Shown here: piece by piece, positions 16,079 to 17,354 of the stretch
Layout of the letters: each line of letters starts with the position of its first letter
How positions within the stretch are numbered: position 1 is the stretch's first letter
Source of the DNA: an uncultured archaeon
GTDB taxonomy: Archaea; Micrarchaeota; Micrarchaeia; Micrarchaeales; CABMGC01
Assembly: GCA_963787445.1 (NCBI GenBank)
Contig: CAWBCT010000009.1
Location: 1-17,354 of the forward strand
Reading direction: 5' to 3'
DNA length: 17,354 nt
Notes under the pieces: model-generated
What the model was told of the DNA's origin: nothing
What the model saw: only the letters and a program-made list of their open reading frames with translations
Databases searched by the model: none
Position numbers and translations under genes: made by a program

Positions 16079-17260
16079 TTACTTCATCTCTTTGTATATC
16101 TCCTCGAAGAGAGATTCATCCTTTATCGCCTTTGCCAGGACCCGCTTTACGAGTTCCTTGTTCTTTAGGATGTCGTTTATGCCCTTTATCTCAATGAGAG
16201 CGTTGCAACGCGCACAGTGATAGGCACCCAGGATGTTCGGGAACTTGCACTGAGGGCATTGTTTTGTTTGCAGCTTGGTCTCGTGTTCCTCAACAACCAT
16301 GCCATCCATCTTGAGCAGCGCATTATCAACAGTCTTGCCAGATAGGTGCACGTACTTGGCCGTCATGTTGCTCTTCTTGCTCCATCCCATAATCTCACGG
16401 AGCACTCCCTCTGGGATCTCGGATGCCATTCGCGAGGCTGCCGAGTGCCTAAACAGATGCAAGTGCACACGCTTGTTTATCCCAGCCCTCTTTGTTATGT
16501 CCTTAAGGTTCAGCCTGAGAGCGTCGTATTCGTGGGGTTCGTTATGCTCAAAATCCCGCCAGAGAAAGTCATTCTGCGAAAGCGCCTTGATCTTGTCCTG
16601 ATTCATGTAATCAGCCATGTACCCAGCAGAGAAAACTATGGGAATTCTACGCGGTTTTGTCTTACTAACGTTTACGATAATGTAAGGAGGATTATCGAGT
16701 AGGTTTACGTCCTTCTTTCTCATGCCCAGCAGCTCCGCAGCTCTGAGGCCACGCTCGAACAGTAGGCTAAGCTGTGCGCGGTCTCGCTTGTTCTTGCACG
16801 CGTCAAGCAGCTTGAGGATATCATCCTCACTTATCAAGTCAGTTGGGAGTATCTGATCCTGCTCCTTTAACGTTGTTTTGAGCCAGCGCACGGCCTCGGG
16901 AAAGAACTCGTCGTTTCCATAGCAGTGCTTGTAATAGGCCTTTACAACAACCCTAACCTGGCGCTTTGTTTCCTGGGCCATATTCAGGCTCTCTATCTTA
17001 GCGAAGGCACGCTCCACGTCCTTCTTTGTGGCCGTTGGCATCTCCACGCTGCCTATTGCATCAGCGTACTTCTCAAAACAGTAAATGTGCTTGAGCAGAG
17101 TGTTAGGCTTGCTGCCTCTGCTCCTCAAGTAAGAAACGATATCATCGAAGGCCTCCTTGTTAGTCTGAGGATAAGAATTGTTGGCATGAATCCTCTTGAG
17201 CAGCATGTCTATCTGCTGAGTTGGTATCCTGTCAAGTGTCTGCATCTCTGCCTTTTGCAT
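16079..17260 (-). CDS. tyrosine integrase with N-terminal core-binding domain and C-terminal zinc ribbon
   Basis: RGLRAAEL, VSKTKPR, HLHLFRH, MGW, KYVH catalytic motifs; CPQC...CARC. Confidence 0.95.
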   Translation of the reverse strand: MQKAEMQTLDRIPTQQIDMLLKRIHANNSYPQTNKEAFDDIVSYLRSRGSKPNTLLKHIYCFEKYADAIGSVEMPTATKKDVERAFAKIESLNMAQETKRQVRVVVKAYYKHCYGNDEFFPEAVRWLKTTLKEQDQILPTDLISEDDILKLLDACKNKRDRAQLSLLFERGLRAAELLGMRKKDVNLLDNPPYIIVNVSKTKPRRIPIVFSAGYMADYMNQDKIKALSQNDFLWRDFEHNEPHEYDALRLNLKDITKRAGINKRVHLHLFRHSAASRMASEIPEGVLREIMGWSKKSNMTAKYVHLSGKTVDNALLKMDGMVVEEHETKLQTKQCPQCKFPNILGAYHCARCNALIEIKGINDILKNKELVKRVLAKAIKDESLFEEIYKEMK

Positions 17261-17282
17261 GGATTTATAGTGTCCTCGGCAT

Positions 17283-17298
17283 TATTTAAAGATTTCGG
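17283..17298 (-). promoter_or_regulatory. archaeal BRE/TATA promoter of the integrase (leaderless)
   Basis: Minus strand CCGAAATC-TTTAAATA ending 23 nt before the ATG at 17260. Confidence 0.65.
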
Positions 17299-17354
17299 AT
17301 AAACCGAAGCCCTAAGCGAAATGCAGCAAAAAGCTTGTCGTCGTAATCAAGATT

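Larger units (their letters stand above)
9911..17346. mobile_element. defective integrative element (provirus/plasmid-like)
   Basis: Integrase at one end, divergent regulator/RHH switch, small-gene operon leading to a P-loop replication gene, and TTGTCGTCGTAA at both ends. The true left boundary could instead be 5028. Confidence 0.7.

Noticed and set aside
17270-17280. GTGTCCTCGGC as a fourth att-like copy
   Set aside because: Two mismatches in the core, and it lies between the integrase TATA box and start codon; not distinguishable from chance.
88-17302. Numerous antisense or alternate-frame ORFs (e.g. 88-339, 1860-2069, 3536-3865, 7288-7614, 9107-9856, 16275-17302)
   Set aside because: They are shadows of well-supported genes and contain no recognisable motifs.

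Overview
Archaeal genomic window; TATA/BRE promoters, apparently leaderless starts and gene content are compatible with a DPANN/Micrarchaeota-like host, though that assignment is an inference. Positions 1-2.4 kb hold ordinary chromosomal genes: a SpeD-family decarboxylase, DUF167 and an ABC exporter pair. From about 2.5 kb the window is an accessory region. Three same-orientation copies of TGGACTCGGCG (2508, 3331, 5028) read on the minus strand as the 3' end of an archaeal tRNA-Ala. They delimit tiny integrase-less cassettes (a RelE-like TA pair; an APC permease), followed by a cargo block (split HEPN gene, unannotated small Cys/His protein, Endonuc_Holl-type nuclease operon, membrane proteins). 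Next is an unusual catalytic-domain-only tyrosine recombinase with an inserted C2H2 zinc finger. Its upstream region holds tandem repeats and a 13-10-13 palindrome. The last 7.4 kb is a decaying integrative element bracketed by a 12-bp direct repeat (TTGTCGTCGTAA). It carries a multiply frameshifted P-loop replication gene, a frameshifted RHH gene, an intact split winged-HTH regulator and an intact integrase with a C-terminal zinc ribbon. No complete tRNA, rRNA or CRISPR array is visible.
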